From Comamonas sp. (GTDB lineage: Bacteria; Pseudomonadota; Gammaproteobacteria; Burkholderiales; Burkholderiaceae_C), in assembly GCA_028690035.1 (NCBI GenBank), contig JAQVCA010000001.1, positions 8,410-72,409 on the forward strand: a DNA stretch of 64,000 nucleotides, in the 5' to 3' direction. This document shows positions 45,953-57,485 of the stretch, piece after piece. Under the pieces are notes generated by a model that saw only the letters and a list, made by a program, of their open reading frames with translations, was not told where the DNA came from and did no database searches. The first letter of the stretch is position 1. The number at the start of each line of letters is the position of its first letter. Both the position numbers and the translations under genes were made by a program.

Positions 45953-47975
45953 TCATATGTTTCAAACGCTCCAGCTCGGCCTGCCACGCTGCGGGGCTGA
46001 TCAGCAGGCGCATGGGGGGCAAGGCCGCCAGCAGGCGTGGCCCGTAGCCTTTTTCCAACAGACGGGCATCGGCAATCACCACCATACCGCGATCGGTTTC
46101 GCTGCGAATCAACCGCCCCACCCCCTGCTTGAGTGCCATAGCCGCCTCGGGCAGCAGGTAATCGTGAAACGCGTTCAGCCCCAAGCCCTCCTGTTGGCGT
46201 GAGCGTGCCTGCACCAGGGGATCATCTGGCGGGGCAAACGGCAGTTTGTCGATGATGAGCAGCTGCAGCGCATCGCCGGTGATGTCCACCCCTTCCCAAA
46301 ACGTGGCCGAGGCCACCAGCATGCAGCCACGCCCACGCAATGTCCCGGCCCGAAAGCGCTCCAACAGCGCATGGCGTGAGCCTTGGCCCTGCACCAACAC
46401 ATCGATGGGCTCCAGCATCCCCAGCTGCCGCTGCAGCTGGGTGCCAATGGCGCGCAGCGCTTTGAGCGTGGTCGTCAGCACCAAGGTGCGCCCGCCCAGC
46501 TGCTGGGCTCCCACGCTGGCCAACGCCGCCACAAACGCGCTGTGCTCGGCTTGGGCATACACCGGCGGCGCATAGGGCGGCACGTACAGACTGGCCTGCT
46601 CGGGGTAATTGAAGGGACTGGCCACACGCAAGGTGCGTGCGCCTTGCAACCCACAGGTGTGGGTGAACCAGTGCAAGTCGGGCGTATCGCCCAGCGTGGC
46701 CGAAGTGAAGACCCAGGCCTGCCGGGGCACAGCCCCTGGGGCGGGCTGCACCATGGCCTGCAGCAGTGCCGCCACCGTCAAGGGTGCCTGGGTCAGTGCG
46801 ATATGGCGTATCTGGCGATCCAACCAGCGCACAGCATCCACAGGCGTGGGCCGGGCAAACAGCGCCAGCGTCTGCAGCAACTGCCCGGTGCGTTCTTGCA
46901 GCTGCTGCAGCGGCGGCGCTGCCTCGGCCACGCTGCCCAGCGCCTGCCACAGCCAATGCAGGCTGCGCCCCACGGCCTGCAGCTGGCACTGCCAGGCGGC
47001 AGCGTCCACCCCGTCGGGCGCAGCGCCCTGCCAGGGGTGGCGGGTGCCCACGGGCAGCGCTGCCGCCTCAGCGCTCCATTGCAGCACGGCCTGCTCCATG
47101 CCCACCAGCGCCTCCAGCCACGGATGCAGGCCGCGCGCGTGCTGGGTGGTCACCTTCATGGCATCGCGGGCAAAGCCCAGCAATTGGCGCGTACTCAGGG
47201 TGATACCGGCAAACTGCACGCCGGTGTCGTTGAGCTGGTGTGCCTCATCCACCACCACCACCCCGGCCTGGGGCAACAGCGGCGGCACGCCCTCCTCTTG
47301 CAACTGCTGGTCGGCAAACAGCAGGTGGTGGTTGACCACACACACCTCGGCGTCCAGCGCCTGGGCCCGGGCATGGTTGATGTGGCAGCTCTGCCAAAAC
47401 GCACAGGCATGTCCCACACAGTTGCTGCGCGTGGAGGTGACCAAAGGCAGCAAGTCCTCCGGCAAGCCCGGCAGCTCAGACAGGTCGCCGCTGGTGGTCG
47501 AGGGCAACCACTGCTGCACCTGGGCCAGGGCACGCAGCACCTGCGGATCGTGCGCTGCTTGCCCTTGGTGGATATGGGCCAGCCGGTGCTGGCACACGTA
47601 GCTGCTGCGCCCCTTGAGCCGGGCTGCGCGCAGGGGCAAGCCCAGCTGCTCGAGCAAACGCGGCAGGTCGCGCTCAAACAGCTGATCTTGCAAGGCTTTG
47701 GTGGCCGTCGAGATCACCACTTTGTAGCCACTGAGCAGCGCAGGCACCAGATAGGCAAAGGTTTTACCTACGCCGGTACCGGCCTCCACGACCAGCAGCT
47801 GCGCCTCGTCGATGGCCTGAGCGACGGCCTCGGCCATGGCCAACTGCCCGGCACGCGGTCGAAACTGGGGCTGCCCGCGCTCCAGCCAGCCCCCGGGAGC
47901 AAAAGCAGCCTGCACCTGCTGCACAAGGGTCGATGGTGTTTGCATAAAACGCTGCGCTAAGACCTGGGCGTACAC
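45945..47975 (-). CDS. DinG/YoaA-family ATP-dependent helicase
   Basis: EAGTGVGKT, Fe-S cysteines, VVDEAH, FTSATL, FWEGVD, QGVGRLIR. Confidence 0.92.
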   Translation of the reverse strand: MYAQVLAQRFMQTPSTLVQQVQAAFAPGGWLERGQPQFRPRAGQLAMAEAVAQAIDEAQLLVVEAGTGVGKTFAYLVPALLSGYKVVISTATKALQDQLFERDLPRLLEQLGLPLRAARLKGRSSYVCQHRLAHIHQGQAAHDPQVLRALAQVQQWLPSTTSGDLSELPGLPEDLLPLVTSTRSNCVGHACAFWQSCHINHARAQALDAEVCVVNHHLLFADQQLQEEGVPPLLPQAGVVVVDEAHQLNDTGVQFAGITLSTRQLLGFARDAMKVTTQHARGLHPWLEALVGMEQAVLQWSAEAAALPVGTRHPWQGAAPDGVDAAAWQCQLQAVGRSLHWLWQALGSVAEAAPPLQQLQERTGQLLQTLALFARPTPVDAVRWLDRQIRHIALTQAPLTVAALLQAMVQPAPGAVPRQAWVFTSATLGDTPDLHWFTHTCGLQGARTLRVASPFNYPEQASLYVPPYAPPVYAQAEHSAFVAALASVGAQQLGGRTLVLTTTLKALRAIGTQLQRQLGMLEPIDVLVQGQGSRHALLERFRAGTLRGRGCMLVASATFWEGVDITGDALQLLIIDKLPFAPPDDPLVQARSRQQEGLGLNAFHDYLLPEAAMALKQGVGRLIRSETDRGMVVIADARLLEKGYGPRLLAALPPMRLLISPAAWQAELERLKHMKK

Positions 47976-48033
47976 CGTGCATGCCTCCAGTTTGGGCTAG
48001 GATGCGCGGCCTCTGTGTTTCGTGGTGAGCTGT

Positions 48034-48378
48034 ATGCGCCCTGCCTATTGGACGATTCTGTTGCTCCTGATGAGCAATGTCTTCATGACTTTTGCCTGGT
48101 ACGCCCACCTGCGCGACCTCAGCACCAAGCCCTGGTTCATCGCCGCGCTGGTGAGCTGGGGCATTGCGCTGTTCGAGTACCTGCTGCAAGTGCCCGCCAA
48201 CCGCATCGGCTACCAAGAGCTGAGCCTGGGCCAGCTAAAAATCCTGCAAGAGGTGCTGACCCTGACGGTGTTCGTGCCCTTTGCGGTGTTCTACATGAAA
48301 GAGCCGCTCAAACTCGACTACCTCTGGGCCGGACTGTGCCTGCTGGGGGCGGTGTACTTTATTTTTCGAGGGGACTGA
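48034..48378 (+). CDS. DMT-family small membrane protein (DUF486-like)
   Basis: SNVFMTFAWYAHL, FEYLLQVPANRIG, QLKILQE. Confidence 0.85.
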   Translation: MRPAYWTILLLLMSNVFMTFAWYAHLRDLSTKPWFIAALVSWGIALFEYLLQVPANRIGYQELSLGQLKILQEVLTLTVFVPFAVFYMKEPLKLDYLWAGLCLLGAVYFIFRGD

Positions 48379-49000
48379 CCCCCAGCGGCGGCACCGGCAG
48401 CGGCTGGCCACGCGCGGGCTGGGCCTGCTGGGCTTTGGCGCGGTGCTCTTGGGCACGGCGCTGCTTGTCTTGCCAGTCCTGCTCGGCCTGACGGCGGCGT
48501 TCGGCCTGCGCGGCTTCCTGGACCTGCAGCTGCTGGGCATGATCGGCCTGGCGCTGGCGCTGCTGGGCCGCGCGTGCGGCCGCCTCCTGGGCGCGGGCGC
48601 CCTCTTGCTGCTGCAGCGTGGCCGCATCGGGCACCGGCTTGCGTGTGCGCGACTGCACGGGCAGCGGGGGCACGGTCTGGGCCTGCTTGGCCTCGATAGC
48701 GCGCAACCGCTGGGCCGCACGTTCCTGGCGCTCTTGCTGATTCAGCTCCAGCTCGCGCGCGCGCAGAGGCGCCAGCTGGCTGCGTGCTTGTGCGCGCGCC
48801 GCCTCCAGGCAATCTTCCACCGCAAAGCGCTGCCAGCAGGCTTTTTCTGTACTGGCTTGCTCAGCGGTAATCGCTGCACGCTGCTGTGCGATGCGGCTAC
48901 GCTCAGCCTCGCGCGCCTGCGCAGTGTCCCCTTGTGCCTGCCCTGTTCCATAAGCCGCCAGGCAGATTGCGGCCATCCATACTCGGTGCATGGCGTGCAT
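48359..49000 (-). CDS. Exported coiled-coil hypothetical protein
   Basis: Signal-like N-terminus; ACWQRFAVEDCL motif; Q/A/R-rich. Confidence 0.65.
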   Translation of the reverse strand: MHAMHRVWMAAICLAAYGTGQAQGDTAQAREAERSRIAQQRAAITAEQASTEKACWQRFAVEDCLEAARAQARSQLAPLRARELELNQQERQERAAQRLRAIEAKQAQTVPPLPVQSRTRKPVPDAATLQQQEGARAQEAAARAAQQRQRQADHAQQLQVQEAAQAERRRQAEQDWQDKQRRAQEHRAKAQQAQPARGQPLPVPPLGVSPLEK

Positions 49001-49002
49001 TA

Positions 49003-50100
49003 TCAGGTCAGGGCCGTGTCCACGTCGCGGCGCTCCAGGCTCAGGAACTCTTGCGACTGCATCTCGTTGAGGCGCGAAACCGTGCGCGGAAACTCGTGCG
49101 ACAGCGGCCCTTCGGTATAAAGCTGCTCGGGCGGCACGGCAGCGCTCATGATGAGCTTGACGCGCCGGTCGTACAGCACGTCGATCAGCCACGTAAAGCG
49201 ACGTGCAGGCGATGCCATATTCACTGGCATGTACGGCACGTTGGAGAGCATCACCGTGTGGAATTGGCTGGCAATTTCCAGGTAGTCGTTTTGCGAACGC
49301 GGCCCGCCGCACAGCTCGCGAAAATCGAACCAGATGGTCTTGCCCGCGCGGCGCAGCGCCGGAATCTGGCGCGACTCGATGGTGAACACGGGCTTTTCAT
49401 CGGGCACGGATTCGAGTTGCTCAAAAGCCTGCTGCATGGCGGCATCGGCCTGTGGCCCCAGCGGGCAGTGGTAGAGCTGCACCATCTCCAGCGTGCGCTG
49501 GCGGTAGTCGGTGCCGTTGTCCACGTTGATGACGTCCATGCGCTCGTTGAGCAAAGCAATCGCCGGCAGGATGCGGTCGCGGTGCAGCCCGTCGGGGTAC
49601 AGACCATCGGGTGTGAAGTTGGAAGTGGTGACAAAGCCCACGCCGTTGTCAAACAATGCCAGCAGCAGCCGGTACAAGATCATGGCGTCGGTGATGTCGG
49701 CGACGTGGAACTCGTCAAAGCAAATCAGCTTGTAGCGCTTGGCAATCTTGGCGCCCAAGGCATCGAGCGGATTTTGCGTGCCTTGCAGGGCATTGAGCTC
49801 GCGGTGCACCTCGCGCATGAACTCGTGAAAGTGCAGGCGCACCTTGCGCTTGATGGGCACGCTGTTGAAAAAGCAGTCCATCAAAAAGCTCTTGCCGCGC
49901 CCGACGCCGCCGTACATATACACACCCTTGGGAATCTCGGGCTTGTGCAGCAGTTTTTTGAGTGCGTTGGAGCGTTTGGCTTTGTACGCAGCCCAATCGT
50001 CGGCGCAGCGCTGCAAGGCGGCCACAGCACGCAGCTGCGCCGGGTCGGCGCTAAAGCCTTTGGCGGCCAGCTCGGCTTGGTAGGCTTGTTCTACGTTCAC
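49003..50100 (-). CDS. zapE: Cell division protein ZapE (AFG1-like ATPase)
   Basis: GGVGRGKSFLMD, HFHEFM, FDEFHV, TTSN, RRFTWLID.LYD. Confidence 0.93.
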   Translation of the reverse strand: MNVEQAYQAELAAKGFSADPAQLRAVAALQRCADDWAAYKAKRSNALKKLLHKPEIPKGVYMYGGVGRGKSFLMDCFFNSVPIKRKVRLHFHEFMREVHRELNALQGTQNPLDALGAKIAKRYKLICFDEFHVADITDAMILYRLLLALFDNGVGFVTTSNFTPDGLYPDGLHRDRILPAIALLNERMDVINVDNGTDYRQRTLEMVQLYHCPLGPQADAAMQQAFEQLESVPDEKPVFTIESRQIPALRRAGKTIWFDFRELCGGPRSQNDYLEIASQFHTVMLSNVPYMPVNMASPARRFTWLIDVLYDRRVKLIMSAAVPPEQLYTEGPLSHEFPRTVSRLNEMQSQEFLSLERRDVDTALT

Positions 50101-50117
50101 GACCCTCTCCTTTTAAA

Positions 50118-50267
50118 AAGATAGCTATTACCGCTTGATCAGATTCGTTTTCAGATGGATTTCATTCTGAAATGACTACCCGTCAGCGCCAATAGCTATC
50201 TTTTTTACAAATATTGAATATAAAAAGTATAGCTGCCAGCGCTTATTAAATAAGCGTTGGCAGCTAT
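50118..50267. repeat. Cluster of REP-like elements
   Basis: ATAGCTATTACCGCTT...AGCGCCAATAGCTAT pair around an inner hairpin, and the palindrome ATAGCTGCCAGCGCTTAT-TAA-ATAAGCGTTGGCAGCTAT (50229-50267). Confidence 0.75.
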
Positions 50268-50282
50268 TTTTAGCAACTGAAA

Positions 50283-51710
50283 TTAGAAGTTCAGTGTGCG
50301 CTTGTCAACCGCCAGAGCTGCCTCTTTGGTCGATTCCGACAGCGAGGGGTGAGCGTGGCAAATGCGAGCGATGTCTTCGGCGCTGGCCTTGAATTCCATC
50401 GCGACCACGGCTTCAGCGATCAGCTCGGAAACCATGGGGCCAACCATGTGCACACCCAGGATTTCGTCGGTCTGAGCATCGGCCAGGAACTTCACAAAGC
50501 CCGTGGTGTCGCCCAGTGCGCGTGCGCGGCCATTGGCCATGAAGGGGAAGCTGCCAGCCTTGTACTTGACGCCATCGGCCTTGAGCTGCTGCTCGGTGCG
50601 ACCCACCCAGGCGATTTCGGGGCTGGTGTAGATCACCCAGGGAATGGTGTTGAAGTTCACATGGCCATGCTGACCGGCCATGCGCTCGGCCACGGCCACG
50701 CCCTCTTCTTCAGCCTTGTGCGCCAGCATGGGGCCACGCACCACGTCGCCCACGGCCCAGACGCCGGGCAGGTTGGTTTGGCACAGGTCATTGACCACAA
50801 TCGCGCCGCGCTCGTCCAGTTGCAGGCCCACGGCTTCGGCATTCAGGCCGTTGGTGTTGGGCACGCGACCAATCGAAACAATCAGCTTGTCCACGGCCAG
50901 GTTCACCGCTTCGCCTTTGGCGTTGGTGTAGGCCACGGTCACGCCTTTTTTGGATTTTTTGATGTCGCCAATCTTCACGCCCAGCTCAATCTTCAGGCCC
51001 TGCTTGTCGAAGGCTTTTTTGGCTTCTTTGGCCACTTGCTCGTCCACGGCGGCCAGGAAGGTGGGCATGCCTTCCAGCACGGTCACATCCGCGCCCAGGC
51101 GGCGCCAGACGCTGCCCATTTCCAGACCGATCACGCCCGAGCCGATCACGCCCAGCTTTTTCGGCACAGCACCAATGGCCAGCGCGCCGTCGTTGGACAG
51201 AATTTGCTGCTCATCGAACTCCACACCGGGCAGCGCACGCGCATTGGAGCCGGTGGCCACGATGACCTGTTTGGCCACCAGGGTCTCGGCGTTTTTGCCG
51301 GTCACCTGGATTTCATACCCACCCTCTACGGCTTTGCTGAAAGCGCCCCGGCCGTGGAAGAAGGTGACCTTGTTCTTCTTGAACAGGTACAGGATGCCGT
51401 CGTTGTTTTGTTTGACGATGGCGTCCTTGCGGGCAATCATTTTGCTCACGTCGATGGCCACCTTGCCGGTGCTGATGCCGTGCTCGTCAAAGTGCAGCTG
51501 GGCGTGTTCAAAGTGCTCGGACGACTGCAGCAGCGCCTTGGAAGGAATGCAGCCCACGTTGGTGCAGGTGCCGCCGGGGGCTGCGCCGCCCTGGGCGTTC
51601 TGGGCTTCGTCGATACAGGCCACGTTCATGCCCAGCTGGGCAGCGCGAATGGCGGCAATGTAGCCACCAGGGCCTGCGCCGATCACGACAACATCAAATT
51701 GCTTGCTCAT
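50283..51710 (-). CDS. lpdA: Dihydrolipoyl dehydrogenase
   Basis: [27 protein letters not shown]. Confidence 0.96.
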   Translation of the reverse strand: MSKQFDVVVIGAGPGGYIAAIRAAQLGMNVACIDEAQNAQGGAAPGGTCTNVGCIPSKALLQSSEHFEHAQLHFDEHGISTGKVAIDVSKMIARKDAIVKQNNDGILYLFKKNKVTFFHGRGAFSKAVEGGYEIQVTGKNAETLVAKQVIVATGSNARALPGVEFDEQQILSNDGALAIGAVPKKLGVIGSGVIGLEMGSVWRRLGADVTVLEGMPTFLAAVDEQVAKEAKKAFDKQGLKIELGVKIGDIKKSKKGVTVAYTNAKGEAVNLAVDKLIVSIGRVPNTNGLNAEAVGLQLDERGAIVVNDLCQTNLPGVWAVGDVVRGPMLAHKAEEEGVAVAERMAGQHGHVNFNTIPWVIYTSPEIAWVGRTEQQLKADGVKYKAGSFPFMANGRARALGDTTGFVKFLADAQTDEILGVHMVGPMVSELIAEAVVAMEFKASAEDIARICHAHPSLSESTKEAALAVDKRTLNF

Positions 51711-51793
51711 AAAAAATCTTTCTCTTGCTTGAAAAAGCCCACCGCCGGAATCCGAGGGTGGGCCGCATTGTGATTAAACCCGGACGATCTGGA

Positions 51794-53038
51794 TTACAGA
51801 TCGAACAGCAGGCGCGAAGGATCTTCCAGCGCGTCTTTCATGGCCACCAGGCCCAGCACGGCTTCGCGGCCGTCGATGATGCGGTGGTCGTAGGACATGG
51901 CCAGGTAGTTCATCGGGCGCACCACCACTTGGCCGTTTTCGACCACGGCGCGGTCCTTGGTGGCGTGTACGCCCAGGATGGCCGATTGCGGGGGGTTGAT
52001 GATGGGGGTGGACATCATCGAGCCGAAGGTGCCGCCGTTGGAGATGGAGAAGGTGCCGCCGGTCATCTCTTCAATGCCCAGCTTGCCGTCGGCAGCCTTT
52101 TTGCCAAATTCAGCGATCTTTTTCTCGATGTCGGCAAAGCTCATCTGGTCGGCGTTGCGCAGGATGGGCACCACCAGGCCACGGGGCGAACCCACGGCGA
52201 TACCGATGTCGAAGTAGCCGTGGTAGATGATGTCGTTGCCATCGACCGAAGCGTTCAGCACGGGGTACTTCTTCAAGGCGTGCACGGCCGCTTTCACGAA
52301 GAAGGACATAAAGCCCAGCTTGACGCCATGTTCTTTGGTGAAGGCATCTTGGAACTTCTTGCGCAGCTCCATCACGGGGGCCATGTTCACTTCGTTGAAC
52401 GTGGTCAGGATGGCGTTGGTCGATTGCGATTGCAGCAGACGCTCGGCCACGCGGGCGCGCAGACGGGTCATGGGCACGCGCTGCTCAGGGCGATCGCCCA
52501 GGTTTTGCGGTGCGGGCGCGGCCACTTGGGGCAGCGTGGCCTTGGGTGCGCCGGTGGGGATGGCAGCAGCGGCGGCAATGGCAGCCAGGGCATCGCCCTT
52601 GGTCACGCGGCCATCTTTGCCCGAGCCAGCCACGTTGGCAGCGCTCAGGTTGTTTTCTGCCAGGATTTTGGCGGCAGCGGGCATGGCCACACCGCCCTTG
52701 TTGCCTGCAACAGGGGCTGCGGCAGGAGCAGGAGCAGCGGCGGGCGCAACAGCCTGGGCAGCGGCAGCAGGTGCTGCGGCCACAGCACCGGCGACAGCGG
52801 CAGTGTCGATCTTGGCAATCAGCTGCTCGGCGGTGACGGTGGCACCGTCGCCTTGCAGGATTTCGGTCAACACGCCCGCAGCGGGAGCAGGCACTTCCAG
52901 CACGACTTTGTCGGTTTCGATCTCGATCAGGATTTCATCGACAGCGACGGCCTCGCCAGCTTTCTTTTTCCAGTTGAGCATGGTCGCTTCGGCGATGGAT
53001 TCCGACAGCTGGGGCACTTTGACTTCTACGATGGCCAT
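51794..53038 (-). CDS. sucB: 2-oxoglutarate dehydrogenase E2 (dihydrolipoyl succinyltransferase)
   Basis: Lipoyl domain [14 protein letters not shown]. Confidence 0.96.
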   Translation of the reverse strand: MAIVEVKVPQLSESIAEATMLNWKKKAGEAVAVDEILIEIETDKVVLEVPAPAAGVLTEILQGDGATVTAEQLIAKIDTAAVAGAVAAAPAAAAQAVAPAAAPAPAAAPVAGNKGGVAMPAAAKILAENNLSAANVAGSGKDGRVTKGDALAAIAAAAAIPTGAPKATLPQVAAPAPQNLGDRPEQRVPMTRLRARVAERLLQSQSTNAILTTFNEVNMAPVMELRKKFQDAFTKEHGVKLGFMSFFVKAAVHALKKYPVLNASVDGNDIIYHGYFDIGIAVGSPRGLVVPILRNADQMSFADIEKKIAEFGKKAADGKLGIEEMTGGTFSISNGGTFGSMMSTPIINPPQSAILGVHATKDRAVVENGQVVVRPMNYLAMSYDHRIIDGREAVLGLVAMKDALEDPSRLLFDL

Positions 53039-53170
53039 GGAATATCTCTCTTGAGTAAATAGGGGCGTAAAACGTGGAAACGTGGAAACGTGAATGACAG
53101 GAATGGTTCTTTGCGGTATGCACACTAAAACCCCATGCACTGGGCATGGGGTTGGGCTGCAAAGCCGTGC

Positions 53171-56050
53171 TTATTTATTCAGCACAAAGCCCTTGAGCTT
53201 GGCAAAAGCGGCTTCCACCAAGGTCTTTTGCTGCTCGACGTGCAGGTGGGCATAGCCACAAGCGGGGCTGGCGCTGGCCGGGCGACCGGCGTAACCCAGC
53301 TTCTGACCTGCGAGCATGTTCTCGTAGATGTTGTGCTGGATGAAGAACCATGCACCCTGGTTTTGCGGCTCGTCTTGGCACCACACAATGTCGGTGGCCT
53401 TGCTGTATTTTTTCAACTCGGCAGCAAACGCCTTGTGCGGGAAGGGATAAAGCTGCTCAACGCGAATGATGGCCACGTCCTGCTCACCGCTTTCTTCGCG
53501 CTTTTTCACCAGGTCGTAGTACACCTTGCCCGAGCAAGCGATGACGCGCTTGACCTTGGCGGCGTTTTTCACGATGGCTTCGTTTTGCTCCGGAATCACG
53601 GTCTGGAAGCCACCCTTGGTGAATTCAGACAGCGGCGAAGTGGCATCCTTGTTGCGCAGCAGCGACTTGGGCGTGAAGATGACCAAGGGCTTGCGCAGGT
53701 TGCGCACCATTTGACGACGCAGCACGTGGAAGATCTGGCTGGCCGTGGTGGGCTGCACGAGCTGCATGTTGGTGTCGGCGGCCAGCTGCATGAAGCGCTC
53801 CAGACGTGCCGAGCTGTGCTCGGGGCCCTGGCCTTCGTAGCCGTGCGGCAGCATCAAGGTCAGACCGTTGATACGGCCCCACTTGACCTCGCCCGAGGCA
53901 ATGAACTGGTCGATCACCACCTGCGCGCCGTTGGCAAAGTCGCCAAACTGCGCTTCCCAGATCACCAGGGAGTTGGGATCGTTGGAGGCGTAGCCGTATT
54001 CAAAGCCCAGCACGGCCTCTTCGGACAGGATGGAGTCGATGACGACAAACGGTGCCTGGTTTTCAGCAACGTTTTGCAGCGGGATGTAATAGCCCTCGTC
54101 CCAGCGGTTGCGCTTCTGGTCGTGGATCACGGCGTGGCGGTGCGTGAAGGTGCCACGGCCACAGTCTTCGCCCGACAGGCGCACGGGATAGCCCGACGCC
54201 ACCAGCGAGGCAAAAGCCATGTGCTCGCCCATGCCCCAGTCCACGTTCATTTCGCCACGGCCCATGGCAGCGCGGTCGGCATAGACCTTTTTCACCAGGG
54301 TGTGGGGCGTGACGGATTCCGGCAGGGTGGTGATTTTCTCGGCCAGACGCTTCCATTCGGTCAGGGGAATGGCCGTATCGGCAGTGTCGGTCCACTTCTG
54401 GTTCAGGAAGGGGCTCCAGTCCACGGCGTACTGGCTCTTGAAGTTGGTCAGCACGGGATCCACGGTGTGGCGGCCTTCATCCAGCGCAGCGCGGTAGGCC
54501 TTGACCATGTCGTCGCCCAGCGACTCGCCCAAGCCTTGCGCAGCCAGCTTGTCGGCGTACAGCTTGCGCGTGCCAGGGTGGGCAGCGATTTTGGTGTACA
54601 TCAGCGGCTGGGTGAGCATGGGGGTGTCTTGCTCGTTGTGGCCCAGCTTGCGGAAGCACACCACGTCCACCACCACGTCCTGCTGGAACTCCATGCGGTA
54701 TTCCAGCGCCAGCTGCATGCACAGCGCCACGGCTTCGGGATCGTCGCCATTGACGTGCAGCACAGGCGATTCGACCATCTTCACGATGTCGGTGCAGTAG
54801 GTGGTTGAACCTTTGTCGCGCGGATCGGAGGTGGTGAAGCCGATCTGGTTGTTGATGATGATGTGTACCGTGCCGCCGGTGGAGTAGCCACGGGTCTGCA
54901 TCAGTGCCAGGGTTTCTTGGTTCACGCCCTGGCCAGCAAAAGCGGCGTCGCCATGCACCAGCACGGGCAGCACCTGCTTGCCTTGCGGGTCACCACGGCG
55001 ATCCATGCGCGAACGCACCGAACCTTCCACCACGGGATTGACGATTTCCAGGTGCGAGGGGTTGAATGCCAGCGACAAGTGCACCGGACCACCCGCAGTG
55101 GATACATCCGAGCTAAAGCCTTGGTGGTACTTCACGTCACCTGCGGGCAGGTCTTCAGGGGCGGTGTGCTCAAACTCGGCAAACAGATCCTTGGGCATTT
55201 TGCCCAGGGTGTTGACCAGCACGTTCAGACGGCCCCGGTGGGCCATGCCGATCACCACTTCCTGCACGCCCTTTTGGCCGGCAGCGTTGATCAGCTCGTC
55301 CATGGCAACGATGAAGCTCTCACCACCTTCCAGCGAGAAGCGCTTTTGACCGACGTACTTGGTGTGCAAATAGCGTTCCAGACCCTCGGCAGCGGTCAGG
55401 CGATCGAGGATGCGCTTTTTCTGTTCGGCATTGAACACGGGCTTGGAGCGGGAGGACTCCAGCTTTTGCTGCCACCAACGCTTTTGCACCTGGTCGGTGG
55501 TGTACATGTACTCCACACCAATCGTGCCGCAGTAGGTTTCGCGCAGGGCATTGAGCAACTCGCGCAGGGGCAAGGTTTCTTTGCCGAAGAACGTGTTGCC
55601 TACATTGAACACGGTCTCTTGGTCGGCATCGGTGAAGCCGTAGAACGCAGGATCGAGTTCAGGAATTTCGGGACGCTCAGTGCGCTTGAGCGGATCCAGA
55701 TCGGCCCAGCGCTGGCCCACATTGCGGTAAGCGGCAATCAACTGCTGCACGGCAACGCGCTTGCGGCCTAGGTCAGAGTCGGCACCGGCGGCCACGACCA
55801 CTTGGGTGACACCCTGCTTGGCACGTTCAGCAAACGCATTGATGACGGGCAGATGGGGCACGTCCTTGGCATCGCTGCCATCAACGGCGGGCACATGCTG
55901 CAGTGCATCGAAGTATTCACGCCAGGAATCTGGCACGCTGCCGGGGTTGGCCAGATAGTTTTCATACATCTCTTCGACGTAGGGGGCGTTACCGCCAAAG
56001 AGATACGTGTTGCCTTGGTAGGCTTGGTAAACAGTGGGCTGATCGCTCAT
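53171..56050 (-). CDS. sucA: 2-oxoglutarate dehydrogenase E1
   Basis: GMAHRGRLN, GDVKYH, HGDAAFAGQG, WEAQFGDF; start MSDQPTV. Confidence 0.96.
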   Translation of the reverse strand: MSDQPTVYQAYQGNTYLFGGNAPYVEEMYENYLANPGSVPDSWREYFDALQHVPAVDGSDAKDVPHLPVINAFAERAKQGVTQVVVAAGADSDLGRKRVAVQQLIAAYRNVGQRWADLDPLKRTERPEIPELDPAFYGFTDADQETVFNVGNTFFGKETLPLRELLNALRETYCGTIGVEYMYTTDQVQKRWWQQKLESSRSKPVFNAEQKKRILDRLTAAEGLERYLHTKYVGQKRFSLEGGESFIVAMDELINAAGQKGVQEVVIGMAHRGRLNVLVNTLGKMPKDLFAEFEHTAPEDLPAGDVKYHQGFSSDVSTAGGPVHLSLAFNPSHLEIVNPVVEGSVRSRMDRRGDPQGKQVLPVLVHGDAAFAGQGVNQETLALMQTRGYSTGGTVHIIINNQIGFTTSDPRDKGSTTYCTDIVKMVESPVLHVNGDDPEAVALCMQLALEYRMEFQQDVVVDVVCFRKLGHNEQDTPMLTQPLMYTKIAAHPGTRKLYADKLAAQGLGESLGDDMVKAYRAALDEGRHTVDPVLTNFKSQYAVDWSPFLNQKWTDTADTAIPLTEWKRLAEKITTLPESVTPHTLVKKVYADRAAMGRGEMNVDWGMGEHMAFASLVASGYPVRLSGEDCGRGTFTHRHAVIHDQKRNRWDEGYYIPLQNVAENQAPFVVIDSILSEEAVLGFEYGYASNDPNSLVIWEAQFGDFANGAQVVIDQFIASGEVKWGRINGLTLMLPHGYEGQGPEHSSARLERFMQLAADTNMQLVQPTTASQIFHVLRRQMVRNLRKPLVIFTPKSLLRNKDATSPLSEFTKGGFQTVIPEQNEAIVKNAAKVKRVIACSGKVYYDLVKKREESGEQDVAIIRVEQLYPFPHKAFAAELKKYSKATDIVWCQDEPQNQGAWFFIQHNIYENMLAGQKLGYAGRPASASPACGYAHLHVEQQKTLVEAAFAKLKGFVLNK

Positions 56051-56374
56051 GCTTCGCTGACATCCGCTTTCCTGAAGAAAGCATTCGTTGGTTGGAGAAC
56101 CTCCCGCGACACGGCTGTACCGATTGGCGGATGCGACTGTGGCTGTGGAAGGGCCTGTTGTAGCGCTGGGCATTGTGCCACTGAAAGCCGCTGCCTGCGC
56201 CAACGGTCTTCCATAAGACCGCAAACCAGTCGCTTTGCACAGGGGCACTTTCCCTGTACTGGAAAACACGCAGCATGCAGACCGACGCTGCGGTCGCGCA
56301 TCGCTGCGTCCAGATGGCTTTGCGCATTCGGTTCTCGCATACCATCGGTGCCACTTTGCTCTTGGTGCCTGCTT

Positions 56375-57454
56375 ATGCGCTCTTCTAACGCCACCCACCG
56401 CACTTTTCTTTTGTTATTGACCGGCGTTAGCCTGGGTTTTGCCGCCATCCTGTGGCCTTTTCTGGGCGCCATATTCTGGGCGATGGTACTGGCCATTTTG
56501 TTTCAGCCACTCAACCGGCGCCTGCGCCTGCGCCTGCCGCGCAAACCCAATCTGGCGACGTTTGCCACCTTACTTACCTGTGTGGTCCTGGCGGTGTTTC
56601 CGTTGACGCTGATCGCCATCTCGGTGGTGCAGGAAACCACGGCCATCTACAGCCGCATGGCCAGTGGCCAGCTGAACTTTGGCGCCTACTTCCAGCAGAT
56701 TTACGCCGCTCTGCCCAGTTGGGTGGGGCAAATCCTGGAAGGCCTGGGCCTGGCCGATCTGGCCGCCATTGAGCAAAAACTCTCCAGCTTAGCCACCGAA
56801 GCGGGCAAGGTGATTGCGGGCAAAGCGGTTGAGCTGGGTAGCAACACCCTGGGCTTTGCCGTGAGCTTCAGCATCATGCTGTACCTGCTCTACTTTTTGC
56901 TGCGCGATGGCCAGGAGCTGGCACTGCGGGTGCGCGATACCTTGCCACTGGAGCGCCAGCACAAGCAAGAGCTGATCGAGAAATTTGCCACCGTCATCCG
57001 CGCTACCGTCAAAGGCAATCTGGTGGTGGCTGCAGCGCAAGGCGCACTGGGCGGACTCATTTTCTGGCTGTTGGGCATCCAGGGCGCCCTGCTGTGGGGG
57101 GTGCTGATGGCTTTTCTGTCACTGCTGCCTGCCGTGGGGGCCAGCCTGATCTGGGGTCCGGTGTGCATCTATTACCTGGCCACGGGCGACTTCACCAGAG
57201 GCCTGATCCTGGCAGCCTACGGGGTGATGGTGATTGGCTTGGTGGACAACCTGCTGCGCCCGCTGCTGGTGGGCAAAGACACCAAGTTGCCCGATTACAT
57301 CGTGTTGATTTCCACCTTGGGCGGCATGTCTTTATTTGGCTTAACCGGCTTTGTGATTGGCCCGGTCATTGCTGCCCTGTTCATTGCCTGCTGGGACATC
57401 TACAGCCAGCCCTGCCCTGCGCCGGATGCCGTTACGCAGCCTCCTTCGGCCTAA
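56375..57454 (+). CDS. AI-2E family transporter
   Basis: Multi-TM; DNLLRPLLVG, GFVIGPVI. Confidence 0.9.
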   Translation: MRSSNATHRTFLLLLTGVSLGFAAILWPFLGAIFWAMVLAILFQPLNRRLRLRLPRKPNLATFATLLTCVVLAVFPLTLIAISVVQETTAIYSRMASGQLNFGAYFQQIYAALPSWVGQILEGLGLADLAAIEQKLSSLATEAGKVIAGKAVELGSNTLGFAVSFSIMLYLLYFLLRDGQELALRVRDTLPLERQHKQELIEKFATVIRATVKGNLVVAAAQGALGGLIFWLLGIQGALLWGVLMAFLSLLPAVGASLIWGPVCIYYLATGDFTRGLILAAYGVMVIGLVDNLLRPLLVGKDTKLPDYIVLISTLGGMSLFGLTGFVIGPVIAALFIACWDIYSQPCPAPDAVTQPPSA

Positions 57455-57485
57455 ATGCGCACCCGATTTGCACATAATGCCCGCT